Shown here piece after piece: positions 1 to 9,874 of a stretch of 26,839 nucleotides of DNA. Numbering within the stretch: position 1 is the first letter of the stretch; each line of letters begins with the position of its first letter. The notes below the pieces were generated by a model. The model was not told where the DNA came from and searched no databases. It saw only the letters and a list, made by a program, of their open reading frames with translations. The translations under genes were made by a program, and so were the position numbers. Origin of the DNA: Candidatus Poribacteria bacterium (GTDB lineage: Bacteria; Poribacteria; WGA-4E; UBA9662); the NCBI GenBank assembly GCA_036339735.1, contig JAYZAL010000020.1:1-26839 (forward strand), read 5' to 3'.

Positions 1-669
1 TATACCTAGCTGGAATCCACCACCAATTAAAACACCTATACCTAAACCTGTAGAGGGATGCCAACCCATCGAAGGAAACAAAAAAAAACCAGTTAGTGAA
101 ATGATAATGGTAGAAATATTAAAAAAGGAAGACGCTAGAGCAGGAATACCAAAGAAGCCCCGACTATTTAGTAACCCCATAGCAATTGCTGCTAGCGACA
201 CCAATAGCAAAAAGGGAAACATAATTCTGGTGAGGTAAACCGTTAGTTCACGTTTACTGGAAAAACCGAAATTCTGGGTTGAATCCAAGGGTAAGTCAAA
301 CCCTGACCCCTGATAAATTAGGTCGACCAAATGTGGAGTAAAAAGCATACCCACCGAACATAAGGCAGTCAGTACAATTACGATTGCAGTGAAAGTTCGA
401 TTAGCCAAATTCCAAGCTGATTCTAGACCATCTTCAATTCTAGTGGCTGTGAAAGTTGTGACAAAAGATTTACTGAGAATGCCTTCGCCAAATAGATCAC
501 GCATGAGGTTAGGGATTTGAAAAGCTGCGTAGAAAGCATCAGTAACAGGAGTAGATCCGAACAGATAAGCGATGGTCTGTTCCCGGACAAGTCCCAGTAC
601 TCGAGAGATCATCACTGCGAGGCTGACCACACCAGCCGAACGAATAGTTCGTGTATTATCAGCAACCAT
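1..669 (-). CDS. murJ: Lipid II flippase MurJ/MviN, N-terminal part (runs off the left edge)
   Basis: Not in the ORF track. Translated by hand from ATG at 669: MVADNTRTIRSAGVVSLAVMISRVLGLVREQTIAYLFGSTPVTDAFYAAFQIPNLMRDLFGEGILSKSFV... The SRVLGLVRE, DAF and PNLMRDLFGEG motifs are MurJ hallmarks. The same frame reads ...GIGVLIGGGFQLGI at the window edge. Confidence 0.93.
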   Translation of the reverse strand, partial: MVADNTRTIRSAGVVSLAVMISRVLGLVREQTIAYLFGSTPVTDAFYAAFQIPNLMRDLFGEGILSKSFVTTFTATRIEDGLESAWNLANRTFTAIVIVLTALCSVGMLFTPHLVDLIYQGSGFDLPLDSTQNFGFSSKRELTVYLTRIMFPFLLLVSLAAIAMGLLNSRGFFGIPALASSFFNISTIIISLTGFFLFPSMGWHPSTGLGIGVLIGGGFQLGI

Positions 670-694
670 TAACTTATACTTTTGCGATTGAATT

Positions 695-1756
695 TTAAAG
701 AGGTAAAGAAATTGCTCGGCCGCTGTCAATCGAATCATAAGCTGCCAGTGCAATTTCTGTGGCAGCCCGACCATCAATACCCGTTACTGGGACCGATCTG
801 TTTTCCAGAATGGCTTCAATGAAGGCCTGGATTTCGGCTTTTACGGGGGACTCGATCAGAATATCTTTCGCTAAAATTGTTTCGCTGTGAGAATCAAAAG
901 TACGAATTTCAATTGCTGAATTAGCCCCCCAAATATTTGGAAAATGAATCGATGCTTGTTCACAATCGACTGAACCACCATACCCGCCCGCCGCAGAGAC
1001 CTGGCCAGCATGCAGAAATCCTGTGGTTCCATTTGAAAGGGTCATATTCAGAAAAACCAAATCTGCATAATCGCTATTTTCTTGCAGATAGCGGCCACCT
1101 GAAGCATAAACACGTGTTATATGGTCGAAGTCATTAAGACTTAAAGTCCAACGCATGAAATCAATTTCATGTGCATTGACTTCCATCAGAAAACCACCAC
1201 ACTCTTCTCGCTTCATCCTCCAGTGTCCTAGCTCACCTGGCCAAGGCCCACCAGTTCGGTGAACTTTCATGCTAATTGGCCGACCGTATTGACCACTGTG
1301 AACCAACTCACGAACTTTCGAGTGAACTGCATGAAATCGACAAACCAGCCCCACACCTAATTGTATACCGTTCGATTGAGCTGCCTGAATCATGTGATCA
1401 CAATCTACTAGACTGGTAGCCATCGGTTTTTCGGTGAAAACATGCTTACCTGCAGCGGCGGAATCAACGGCGATTGATTTATGGAGAAAAGGAGGTGTAG
1501 CAATCAATATAGCATTAATCCGACTGTCCTCCAGCAAGTCAAGATAGTTTATCGTCATTTCTGAATCGATATCTTGAGATAACTTTTTACTTAAAGATGG
1601 GTTGGTATCACAGACCGAAATAACTTTTACGGCAACAGAAGTGTCATCTGTTTTTTCATTTGTATTAAGTTCCAATGTTCCGATTTGGTTAGCACTTACA
1701 GCTAAACTTCGTCCCATTCCACCACATCCAACAAGTCCTAATCCGAATGTTTTCAT
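695..1756 (-). CDS. Gfo/Idh/MocA family NAD(P)-dependent oxidoreductase
   Basis: Rossmann GLVGCGGMG, ATPPFLH, AGKHVFTEKP and GGFLMEVNAHEID motifs. Confidence 0.92.
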   Translation of the reverse strand: MKTFGLGLVGCGGMGRSLAVSANQIGTLELNTNEKTDDTSVAVKVISVCDTNPSLSKKLSQDIDSEMTINYLDLLEDSRINAILIATPPFLHKSIAVDSAAAGKHVFTEKPMATSLVDCDHMIQAAQSNGIQLGVGLVCRFHAVHSKVRELVHSGQYGRPISMKVHRTGGPWPGELGHWRMKREECGGFLMEVNAHEIDFMRWTLSLNDFDHITRVYASGGRYLQENSDYADLVFLNMTLSNGTTGFLHAGQVSAAGGYGGSVDCEQASIHFPNIWGANSAIEIRTFDSHSETILAKDILIESPVKAEIQAFIEAILENRSVPVTGIDGRAATEIALAAYDSIDSGRAISLPL

Positions 1757-1954
1757 ATCGTTTTTATTTTTGGGTATTTTTTACAAAGAGGTTAACAATT
1801 TGAAGGAGCAACTAGAAATTCATGACCGAATCAATATCCTCGACCTAAGTGATGAGATACCATCATACACTATTAGATCCATTAATGTGGACAGAAAATC
1901 CAACTCACCTTATATTTACTTCTAGGAAACAGTCACTCACATCTTGTTGTTTCG

Positions 1955-4507
1955 TTAGTTTTTAACAACTCTAATACGATTGAGTAGGCTGGTCATATTC
2001 TGTCCTAAACCATTGGCTAAAATAGAATGCTGCTCCGCCAAATCGTATTGTTTCTCGTTAAAATAAGCAACTGCCAAATTATTATGAGCAACTCCATTTT
2101 TTGGATTAATTTCAACGGATTTTTGATAAGACTGAAGCGATTGATCATGAAATCCAAGGCTTTTCTGTAAAACTCCCAAGTAATGATAAGCTTGATCATT
2201 ATCGGGTTCAATCTCAATAGCTTTTCGGTATGCTGATGTTGCTTTGGCCATGTCGCTCTGATAATAATAAACCTCGCCCATCAAAAGGTAGATTTCTGCC
2301 CTCATAGGTTCTAATTTTAGAGCATTTTGGAACATAACCAAAGCTAACTCAAATTTGCTAATGGACCGATACAATTTACCTAATGACAAAAGTAAGCCAA
2401 TGTCTGTTGGGCTCAGTTGATTCGCTTTTCCATAATGTTCGATAGCCGAAACATAGCGTGATTGCGTCTCAAACAGTCGACCTAACTCTTTATGGGCTTC
2501 TAGATGATCAGGAGATATTGCGATAACACGTTCAAAAGCCTCAATAACAGTTTCTATCAACTGGCCCTGAGCCATATAAGATTGGGCTAAATAAAAGAGT
2601 GAATCTACAGAGTCCGGGGCAAGCTCGAGTGATCGTAATAGATATACAATTGCCAATTTATATTGATTTGTATGATAGAAAGCAATACCAGCCTTGGTGT
2701 TCAGGTCAGCAGAATCGGGATTGGCATCGGCACCAGTTTGTAAAAACTCGACAGCTTCCTTATATTCACCTCTTCTAAAATGAAAATTGCCGATTTGATC
2801 AGCCACATTTGCGCTAGTAGTCCCAAGTTCGATGGCTTTTCGATAGTGATTGATAGCTAATTGTATATCATCAACCGACTCACACACGGAAGCTAAGTGC
2901 TCGTGGACATTGGCATCACTTGGGTTTAAGTCCAAAGATCTTTGAAAATGCGTGATAGCTAGGTCAAACTGTTGATTCATTGTGTAAGCCAAACCTATAT
3001 CCGTATGAAATTTAGCTCGATCAGGTTCCAACTCCAGCGCTTTTTGATGAGCCAAAATAGCCTCTTCGAACATGAAGTACTTGGAATGAGTTAAGCCTAT
3101 GTTATTATGGCTATCGGCAAATTCTGCGCTCACTGTCAACGCTTTTTCAAAGGATTGTAATGCTTCGTCTGGTTGGTCTTTATCCAGATAAGCAACTCCC
3201 AAGTTATTATGCCCGACTGGGTCCTTGGGATTTAACAGGATTGCTCGCTGGTAATAGGATTCAGCATCTGCAAAATTACCCAATAAGTTTGAAGTAAGAC
3301 CTAAATTATTTAGAATTGGTGGGTAGTTAGGTTTTAGATTGTCGGCTTTCTGAAAGCTTTTGAGTGCAACTGCATAGTTTCCAGATTGATAATAACTTTT
3401 ACCCATATGGAATGGAATATGCCAATTTTCTCTGTGATATTGGGCCGCCTTCTGGTAAGCGTCAATAGCCAAAATATGTTGACCATCTTGATGGTAAGCC
3501 AATCCAAGATAAAAGTACAGGATCATCCATTTGCTAACTGAAGATGATTCTCTTACGGTCAACAAAAGCCGATTATATGACCTGATAGCATCTTTGGGCC
3601 GATCGACTTGCTGATAGGCCAAACCTAAATTGTATTGCATCTCTATCTTTTTTTGACGACTTAGTGAGCCCTGTCCTATCTCAATATTTTCTAGGTGGAC
3701 AATTGCTTGTTGATAGTTCTTCTGTCGAATATACAACTTACTGAGATGGAAATGGGTTTGTATAGCTACATTTTGCACATTATTTGACAACGCTTGTTTC
3801 TCCAAATCAATTGATTCTAGGATTCCCAATACTTGCTGATAAGATTCTAAGGCTAGAGCAGTCTTAGCTAATCCATCATCTCTTTCAACGTCGTCTTGAT
3901 CCTCTGACATTGATTGGAATTGGATTTTCTGTCGATGGATACCTGCTAATTGATAATGGGCTTGGTACAACTGAGGAGCAAGTCGAATAGTGGTTTCATA
4001 TGCTGTTTGAGCTGAAGATAAATCTTGCCGTTTTTCGTATAAACGGCCAATATTGTAGTGAGCCAAGGCTAAATCGGGATTAAATTTCAAGGCTTGGCGA
4101 TATGCATTGAATGCTCGGTAGGTTTGGCCTAATCGATCATAAACGGCACCCAAATTGTTATAGGCTCGATCATAGTCATATTTTAATTTGATGGCTCGAT
4201 TGAAACAGGTAATAGCATCCTGATAGGAATTTTGATAGAAATAAGCTGACCCCAAATTATAGAAAGCGACAGGGTTATCGATATCCTGACGAGCCGCACG
4301 CTTGTTAGTCGAAATTACCAACTCTAGATCAGTTTGATTTTTAGTGGTAAATGGAACAATAGACCTCTGATTCTCATCTCCGGTGGTAATCAGGGCAGAA
4401 CTCTCAGCTAACTCATCGTTTGTACCGGCAGAGGCTGCCTCTGTTGTGAGTTCAGTATCAGGCTGAAAGTTATCTAAATTATCAAAGTCTTCTGTTGTTT
4501 CAACCAT
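1955..4507 (-). CDS. Long tetratricopeptide-repeat (TPR) protein with acidic N-terminal leader
   Basis: Tandem 34-aa TPR units (AYNNLGAVY, AHYNIGRLY, GHNNLGVAY, SHNNIGLTH) run to the C-terminus. No catalytic domain or signal peptide is seen. ATG at 4507 is preferred over the TTG at 4513. Confidence 0.9.
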   Translation of the reverse strand: MVETTEDFDNLDNFQPDTELTTEAASAGTNDELAESSALITTGDENQRSIVPFTTKNQTDLELVISTNKRAARQDIDNPVAFYNLGSAYFYQNSYQDAITCFNRAIKLKYDYDRAYNNLGAVYDRLGQTYRAFNAYRQALKFNPDLALAHYNIGRLYEKRQDLSSAQTAYETTIRLAPQLYQAHYQLAGIHRQKIQFQSMSEDQDDVERDDGLAKTALALESYQQVLGILESIDLEKQALSNNVQNVAIQTHFHLSKLYIRQKNYQQAIVHLENIEIGQGSLSRQKKIEMQYNLGLAYQQVDRPKDAIRSYNRLLLTVRESSSVSKWMILYFYLGLAYHQDGQHILAIDAYQKAAQYHRENWHIPFHMGKSYYQSGNYAVALKSFQKADNLKPNYPPILNNLGLTSNLLGNFADAESYYQRAILLNPKDPVGHNNLGVAYLDKDQPDEALQSFEKALTVSAEFADSHNNIGLTHSKYFMFEEAILAHQKALELEPDRAKFHTDIGLAYTMNQQFDLAITHFQRSLDLNPSDANVHEHLASVCESVDDIQLAINHYRKAIELGTTSANVADQIGNFHFRRGEYKEAVEFLQTGADANPDSADLNTKAGIAFYHTNQYKLAIVYLLRSLELAPDSVDSLFYLAQSYMAQGQLIETVIEAFERVIAISPDHLEAHKELGRLFETQSRYVSAIEHYGKANQLSPTDIGLLLSLGKLYRSISKFELALVMFQNALKLEPMRAEIYLLMGEVYYYQSDMAKATSAYRKAIEIEPDNDQAYHYLGVLQKSLGFHDQSLQSYQKSVEINPKNGVAHNNLAVAYFNEKQYDLAEQHSILANGLGQNMTSLLNRIRVVKN

Positions 4508-4529
4508 TCTCAATTAATTTGTAATATGA

Positions 4530-7394
4530 TTAGTCGAGCGTAGAACCAAGTTGACGTAAATGATCTTTGGCTTCTTCTCGCCACGACTCTGGTGGGTTCA
4601 GTTGTAAAAACTTTTTCCAGCGAAAGATGGCCAGCTGTCGTTTCTGAGCATATTCATACATTAAGGCTAGATTGTAATTAGCCGTCAGGTCTGAGGGATC
4701 TAATTTGAGAGCTTTTTCAAATTGCTCAGTAGCTTGCCCTAACTGATCTAAATTGAAGAGAGTATTGCCATAATTCAGAAGAGTAGGTACGTGATTAGGT
4801 GCTAATTTAATGGCTCTTTCTAATGTTTTTTTTGCTCGACCAAAATCCATTCTCGAACTACGATATAAATCACCTAGTCGTTGCAAAGAACGAATAGAGT
4901 TAGGGTGAATCTCCAGTTCTTTTTCGTAGTACTCAATTGCTACTCGATAGTTTTGCAACCACTCTTCGATTAACCCAATTTCTAAGTTAGCTCCCACATA
5001 TTTAGAATCAATCTTTAGAGCTTTGACAAAATACTGTCGTGCCATATCACGGTTATCCATATCCAGATATGTTAGACCAAGAAAATAATGTGCTTTTGCA
5101 TTATCAGCTTCCATTTCGATTACAGCCTCAAAATCGTTGGCAGCTTCGCTGGATAGGTAAAGAGTACTTCCAATTTGGCGGTATCTTCGGATGAGCAATC
5201 CCCGAAAAAAGTAAGCTGAAGCGTACGGTTTTAGCTGAATCGTTGCTGTATAGGCTTCCATTGCCATGCCGGCATGCTGATTGTAATCTTCGACTGTCTG
5301 AGCGTGTCGATCCAGTAATCGTGCATAGCGAAATTGCCAATCGTAATTTGAAGGATCGTACTGATTAGCAAGGCCAAAATGCTTAATAGCTTGTACTCTT
5401 CGGTCCCGATTTTCGAAAATGGCCCCTAATTTATATTGTTTTTTGGGATGGTTAGGGGACAAGGCTAACCCTGGCACCCAAACCCGAATCACGTTATCAT
5501 CCTCATTTCGATCATGATAAATTTTTCCCAATCTGAGGAATGGTTCTGCCTGCGTTTGATCAAGAGAAATTACTGTTTCATATCGTTCTATTGCTAAATC
5601 AATTTGATCCTTTTGTTCATAAATTAAACCTGCCTGATAGTGACTGTCTACATGATTTGGATCTAACCGACTGCTTTCCAGAAAAGCAACCAGAGCTTCC
5701 TCCGTTTCCAACAACTGAAGGTGAGTGAGCCCCAGCAAGTAGTGGGCTTCCACATTTTCTGGACTGGCTTGGATAAGCTTGTTCAGCATTCCTAGAGCAA
5801 GCCTCGGTTGATCATTGGCTCGATAAATAACTGCTGAACGATACAATGCTTCGGTGTGAGTAGGATCTAGTTCAACAGTACGGACGAAAAAGACTAGTGC
5901 TTGTTCTACATCTCCGATTTCTTCATGGCTTCGACCCAATAAATAGGTAGAGGCCACATTTTCAGGTTCAATCAAAATGGTTTTATCTAGAGAAATGACA
6001 GCTTCAACATAGTTTTGGCTTGCAAACTCAGTTTTACCTTTTTCAAAAAAGTGTGTTTTTAGCTCAGGGTCTAATTCAATCGCTTGTAAGTAGACTTCTC
6101 TAGCTCTCTGACGATTGCCTATCTGATAATACAAATCACCCAAGGGGAAATAAACATCGGCGTACTCTGGGTCTAGTTCAATAGCTTTTTCATAGTTCTG
6201 TATTGCTAATTCGTTATTACCTTCACTGACTTCGATTTGTGCTAAGTAAAAGTAGGCTAGAGGTTGGTCAGAGTCAAACAATAACGATTTATCTATTAAT
6301 AAACGAGCCTGCTCCGATGTCAATTGCCCTGAATAGTAGGCTGGCACTTGATCGATGAAAAAATTTACTAATTCTGGTTCGTAGACTACGGCTTGCTTGT
6401 AATGGTACTTCGCTAGTTCCTTGTCGATAGAGTATAACAACTCACCCAACTGGAAATGAGATTGTGCGTGTTGTGGTTCTAGCGCTAGTGCTTTCTGGAA
6501 TAAGTCGATTGTCGTCTGAGTTATCTGCTCTGAAAGATTTCTATTGGCCTCAGCGAAGCAGATAGCCAACTGAAACCAAAGTTCAGCTGTAGTCGGTTGA
6601 TATTTCCCAGCTGTTTCATATTCTAACAATGCATCATCAAAAAAATTATCTTTAGCCAACACTTGGGCCAGCTTATAACGGGCTGGTGCAAATTTCTTGT
6701 CGTGACTTAATGAGGTGTCGAATGCCTCGCGGGCAAAGTTGAGATTGCCTTGAGCAAAATGAACTAAACCTAACCCGTAATGAGCACGTTCGGATTTGGG
6801 ATTGATGTTTACAGTGGCCTCAAAAGCCCGTAATGCCGAATTGTAATCCGACTGAGCCAGAAAAATTTCACCTCTTTTCTGTTGAGCAACGTGGTATTCG
6901 GGGTTGATAATCAAACAACGTTCAAATGCAGACAAAGCTTGGTCGTAATCTTCTTGTCGCTGATATGATCTTCCTAGATCATAGTGAGCTAGAAGATGAT
7001 CAATGTCTAATTGAGTTGCTTTTTCAAATTGTTGGATGGCAAGGATTAAAAAATCTCGGCCGTTCGAGACTCCGCCTACAGAAGATAGATACGCATAACC
7101 CAAACCATAATGTAAATGAGGTGCTTGAAAGGAATCTATACGAACTGGGTTTTCAATGTCGGATTCATAAAAACGAATTAGGTAATCCAAAAGATCTTTC
7201 TTTTTCCACTTGGCGACTAAGCCTCGATGTCGTTCAGCATGCTTAGTCTTTGATCGAATTGTTTTTCCATAGTCCTTAACAATAGCTTTTTTATCTTTTT
7301 TAGATAAATCTTCGATACTGATATCAGAAGAAAAACCAGTAAGTAACGCCAATCCAAAACAATAAAGAAAAAAGGAGAATTTGCGTGTTTTCAT
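4530..7394 (-). CDS. Exported long TPR protein
   Basis: Basic plus hydrophobic N-terminus (MKTRKFSFFLYCFGLALLTG) followed by TPR units throughout (AHYDLGRSY, AHYGLGLVH, AHYFLGLTY, ANYNLALMY). Start overlaps the sulfatase stop (ATGA, 7391-7394). Confidence 0.9.
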   Translation of the reverse strand: MKTRKFSFFLYCFGLALLTGFSSDISIEDLSKKDKKAIVKDYGKTIRSKTKHAERHRGLVAKWKKKDLLDYLIRFYESDIENPVRIDSFQAPHLHYGLGYAYLSSVGGVSNGRDFLILAIQQFEKATQLDIDHLLAHYDLGRSYQRQEDYDQALSAFERCLIINPEYHVAQQKRGEIFLAQSDYNSALRAFEATVNINPKSERAHYGLGLVHFAQGNLNFAREAFDTSLSHDKKFAPARYKLAQVLAKDNFFDDALLEYETAGKYQPTTAELWFQLAICFAEANRNLSEQITQTTIDLFQKALALEPQHAQSHFQLGELLYSIDKELAKYHYKQAVVYEPELVNFFIDQVPAYYSGQLTSEQARLLIDKSLLFDSDQPLAYFYLAQIEVSEGNNELAIQNYEKAIELDPEYADVYFPLGDLYYQIGNRQRAREVYLQAIELDPELKTHFFEKGKTEFASQNYVEAVISLDKTILIEPENVASTYLLGRSHEEIGDVEQALVFFVRTVELDPTHTEALYRSAVIYRANDQPRLALGMLNKLIQASPENVEAHYLLGLTHLQLLETEEALVAFLESSRLDPNHVDSHYQAGLIYEQKDQIDLAIERYETVISLDQTQAEPFLRLGKIYHDRNEDDNVIRVWVPGLALSPNHPKKQYKLGAIFENRDRRVQAIKHFGLANQYDPSNYDWQFRYARLLDRHAQTVEDYNQHAGMAMEAYTATIQLKPYASAYFFRGLLIRRYRQIGSTLYLSSEAANDFEAVIEMEADNAKAHYFLGLTYLDMDNRDMARQYFVKALKIDSKYVGANLEIGLIEEWLQNYRVAIEYYEKELEIHPNSIRSLQRLGDLYRSSRMDFGRAKKTLERAIKLAPNHVPTLLNYGNTLFNLDQLGQATEQFEKALKLDPSDLTANYNLALMYEYAQKRQLAIFRWKKFLQLNPPESWREEAKDHLRQLGSTLD

Positions 7395-8773
7395 CTTTTC
7401 GTCCGTGCACTCATTAACCGCTCAAGTATTTTTAGCCTTAAATGAATAACTATATTTCTGTGTTCTCTGTTTACTACTAAATTGTTAATCTCATTAGGAT
7501 CTTTTTGGACATCGAATAATAGGTATGGTTCACCATTTTTGTTAAGAACGATCTTCCACTCCTGGTCTAATAACATGATTTCACCATCCAGTTCCGAAAT
7601 TGCTGTGGATCGATGTTCTACATCAGGGTTGCTAAGACTTGTCATTAGTGACTTACCATGTTGATGATAGTTTATACTACCACCAGCTAATTCGACTAAA
7701 GTTGGACCAATATCAATCCATTCAACTGGACTATGGTTAACTCTTTGAGAGGTCTTTTTCTCAACTGTTTTCGGTGTTCGAACAATTAATGGTACACGTA
7801 CTGCGCCATTCAAAAAATTACTCTTGTAAATCAGTCCAAAGTCGCCGTTCATTTCGCCATGATCAGAAACAAAAACGATAACAGTACTCTCTAATTCACC
7901 TCTTAATCTGATTGTTTCTAGGATTTGACCAATTTGGTCGTCAATTAATTTTATATTACCAGCATAATCTGCTCGCAGGCGTTGAGCTTCCTCCGCGGAA
8001 ATCGGCGTATTACGCTGAATTTTTTTTTGTAATTCGTTAGTTGGCAGGCTCAAATTATCCATCTTTGGAGGTTGGATAGCCGGGGGCATATCTTCAGGTT
8101 TGTACATACTGGCATATGGTTCAGGTGTGTCCCAAGGCTCATGTGGTCCACCAAAGCTGACCCAGCAAAACCAAGGTTGCTGGTACTGGTAATCGGCCAA
8201 ATATTTTTTTGCCTGTTGGCCAACATATACATCGGCATAATTATCTAACCCTACTACAGAAGGACGTACCACATGTGGACAATTGCTGAACCGTTCAGCA
8301 TAGTCAGCCTGATACTCTTTCCATACCCCTTTCTGTTGCCAGTCAGCAGTCATATGGGACAGAACTCTGGCACTAGCACGTGGGCCACCTATTTCATTAA
8401 CATCATCTAGTCCGTAAGAATTCATTAAACCTTCACGATCTCTCAAGTCTCCATGATGAGGATGTAAATGTGTTTTACCGAAAAGACTAGTTCGGTAACC
8501 TACTGAACGGATGACTTGCATCCAAGTTGGTGTATCTACTGGCATGGTATGATTCATATTATTCCAAATACCAGTATTGTGTGGATAAAGTCCTGTGGCT
8601 AAACTCAGTCGGGCGGGGATACAAACTGGTGAAGTCGTCACACAGTTAGCAAAGCGTACACCCTCCTTCGCAATTTGGTCGAGGTTAGGTGTGTTGACCC
8701 ACCCCCCTGAACAACCGAGTGCATCCCATCGTAGCTGATCAGTCATCAAGAATAGTATATTAGGTCGTAACAT
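7391..8773 (-). CDS. Cys-type (formylglycine-dependent) sulfatase, family S1; no signal peptide
   Basis: PNILFLMTDQ, CIPARLSLATG (CxPxR), GYRTSLFGKTH, PHEP, SDHGEM and final DPNEINNL motifs. Confidence 0.95.
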   Translation of the reverse strand: MLRPNILFLMTDQLRWDALGCSGGWVNTPNLDQIAKEGVRFANCVTTSPVCIPARLSLATGLYPHNTGIWNNMNHTMPVDTPTWMQVIRSVGYRTSLFGKTHLHPHHGDLRDREGLMNSYGLDDVNEIGGPRASARVLSHMTADWQQKGVWKEYQADYAERFSNCPHVVRPSVVGLDNYADVYVGQQAKKYLADYQYQQPWFCWVSFGGPHEPWDTPEPYASMYKPEDMPPAIQPPKMDNLSLPTNELQKKIQRNTPISAEEAQRLRADYAGNIKLIDDQIGQILETIRLRGELESTVIVFVSDHGEMNGDFGLIYKSNFLNGAVRVPLIVRTPKTVEKKTSQRVNHSPVEWIDIGPTLVELAGGSINYHQHGKSLMTSLSNPDVEHRSTAISELDGEIMLLDQEWKIVLNKNGEPYLLFDVQKDPNEINNLVVNREHRNIVIHLRLKILERLMSARTKR

Positions 8774-8791
8774 TTTTTCTAAACCTTGATA

Positions 8792-9841
8792 TTATTGGGG
8801 TTGTAGGGCTCCACTTTCTACCATTTCTACGAGGGGATTATCGTCTATATCAAGTGGTAGATCAATACGGCTTCGTCTCCGACTAGATTCGTAGATAGAA
8901 AAAATAATTTCAGTAGCGTTGAGAGCTCGCCGGCCACTTAGTTCTGGCTCAGTACCATCATGAAGAGAGTTAATCAAATCGGCAATGCCACGTTCGATAA
9001 ATCCTGGCCCGTGTAGATGCTCCCCCTGAGTGTCGATGGTCTCCCAACTTTTACCATTTCGTTGAATCCTCAAATGTACATTATCAGTACCAACTTCGAT
9101 GACGCCTTCGGTCCCGACTAACCGATTATGCACCCCAACTGAACGACTACCTAGCCCAGTAGCTATAAACCCAAAAACACCGTTTTGGTATTCCCATAGC
9201 GCTGTCGCTTGATTTTCGACCATTGCACCAAACACTAGGTTTTTAGTTCTGTAGTCAATTTGACCTTGTACCCACTTAGCAGGCAAATCTTGGTTATAGA
9301 AACCAAACATATCAATATAATGTGTTCCATAATCATAGATGTCTCCGCAGGCAGCCTCCAAACGTAGGAGATCCCCAATCTGACCGGATTTGAGAAGATC
9401 TTTGGCCATAGAGAACGGTTTCCCAAACCGACGTTGATGATTAAAGGTCAGTTGTACCGAATTTTTCTCTGCTGTCAGTACCATCCGCTTGGCATCACCC
9501 CAAGTATCGGCCATCGGTTTTTCGCTGTGGATGGCGCGTACACCAGCATCAATGGAATCTAAAACTAGTCGAGCGTGTAGATGTGGCCAGACGCAGATAG
9601 AAACAATATCCAAATCTTCTTGAGCTAACATTTCCTGATGCGACAGATAGAAATTTGGGAGCTGATAGTGCTCAGCAAAAGCTTCTGCGTTTTCTTGCTT
9701 GATATCAGCACAAGCAACCAACTGACAATTATCCAGTGCTGCGTATGCGTTAGCATGTTGATAAGCCATCGCATAACCCATTCGGCTGGCCCCCTTAGCA
9801 GGGTTACCAGTCCCAATTACACCGACTCTTAGTTGTGTCAT
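8792..9841 (-). CDS. Gfo/Idh/MocA family oxidoreductase
   Basis: LRVGVIGTG, DIVSICVWPHLH, SEKPMA, NHQRRF and DYGTH motifs. Confidence 0.92.
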   Translation of the reverse strand: MTQLRVGVIGTGNPAKGASRMGYAMAYQHANAYAALDNCQLVACADIKQENAEAFAEHYQLPNFYLSHQEMLAQEDLDIVSICVWPHLHARLVLDSIDAGVRAIHSEKPMADTWGDAKRMVLTAEKNSVQLTFNHQRRFGKPFSMAKDLLKSGQIGDLLRLEAACGDIYDYGTHYIDMFGFYNQDLPAKWVQGQIDYRTKNLVFGAMVENQATALWEYQNGVFGFIATGLGSRSVGVHNRLVGTEGVIEVGTDNVHLRIQRNGKSWETIDTQGEHLHGPGFIERGIADLINSLHDGTEPELSGRRALNATEIIFSIYESSRRRSRIDLPLDIDDNPLVEMVESGALQPQ

Positions 9842-9874
9842 TTTTCACCTACTGTTATTATATTTATTGTTGTC

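Noticed and set aside
80-88. A9 homopolymer in murJ as a phase-variation or frameshift site
   Set aside because: The frame stays intact (GFFLFP...GVLIGGGFQ) and such runs are expected in AT-rich DNA encoding Phe.
1602-1925. 107-aa plus-strand ORF
   Set aside because: Half of it overlaps the oxidoreductase antisense and it has no recognisable motif.
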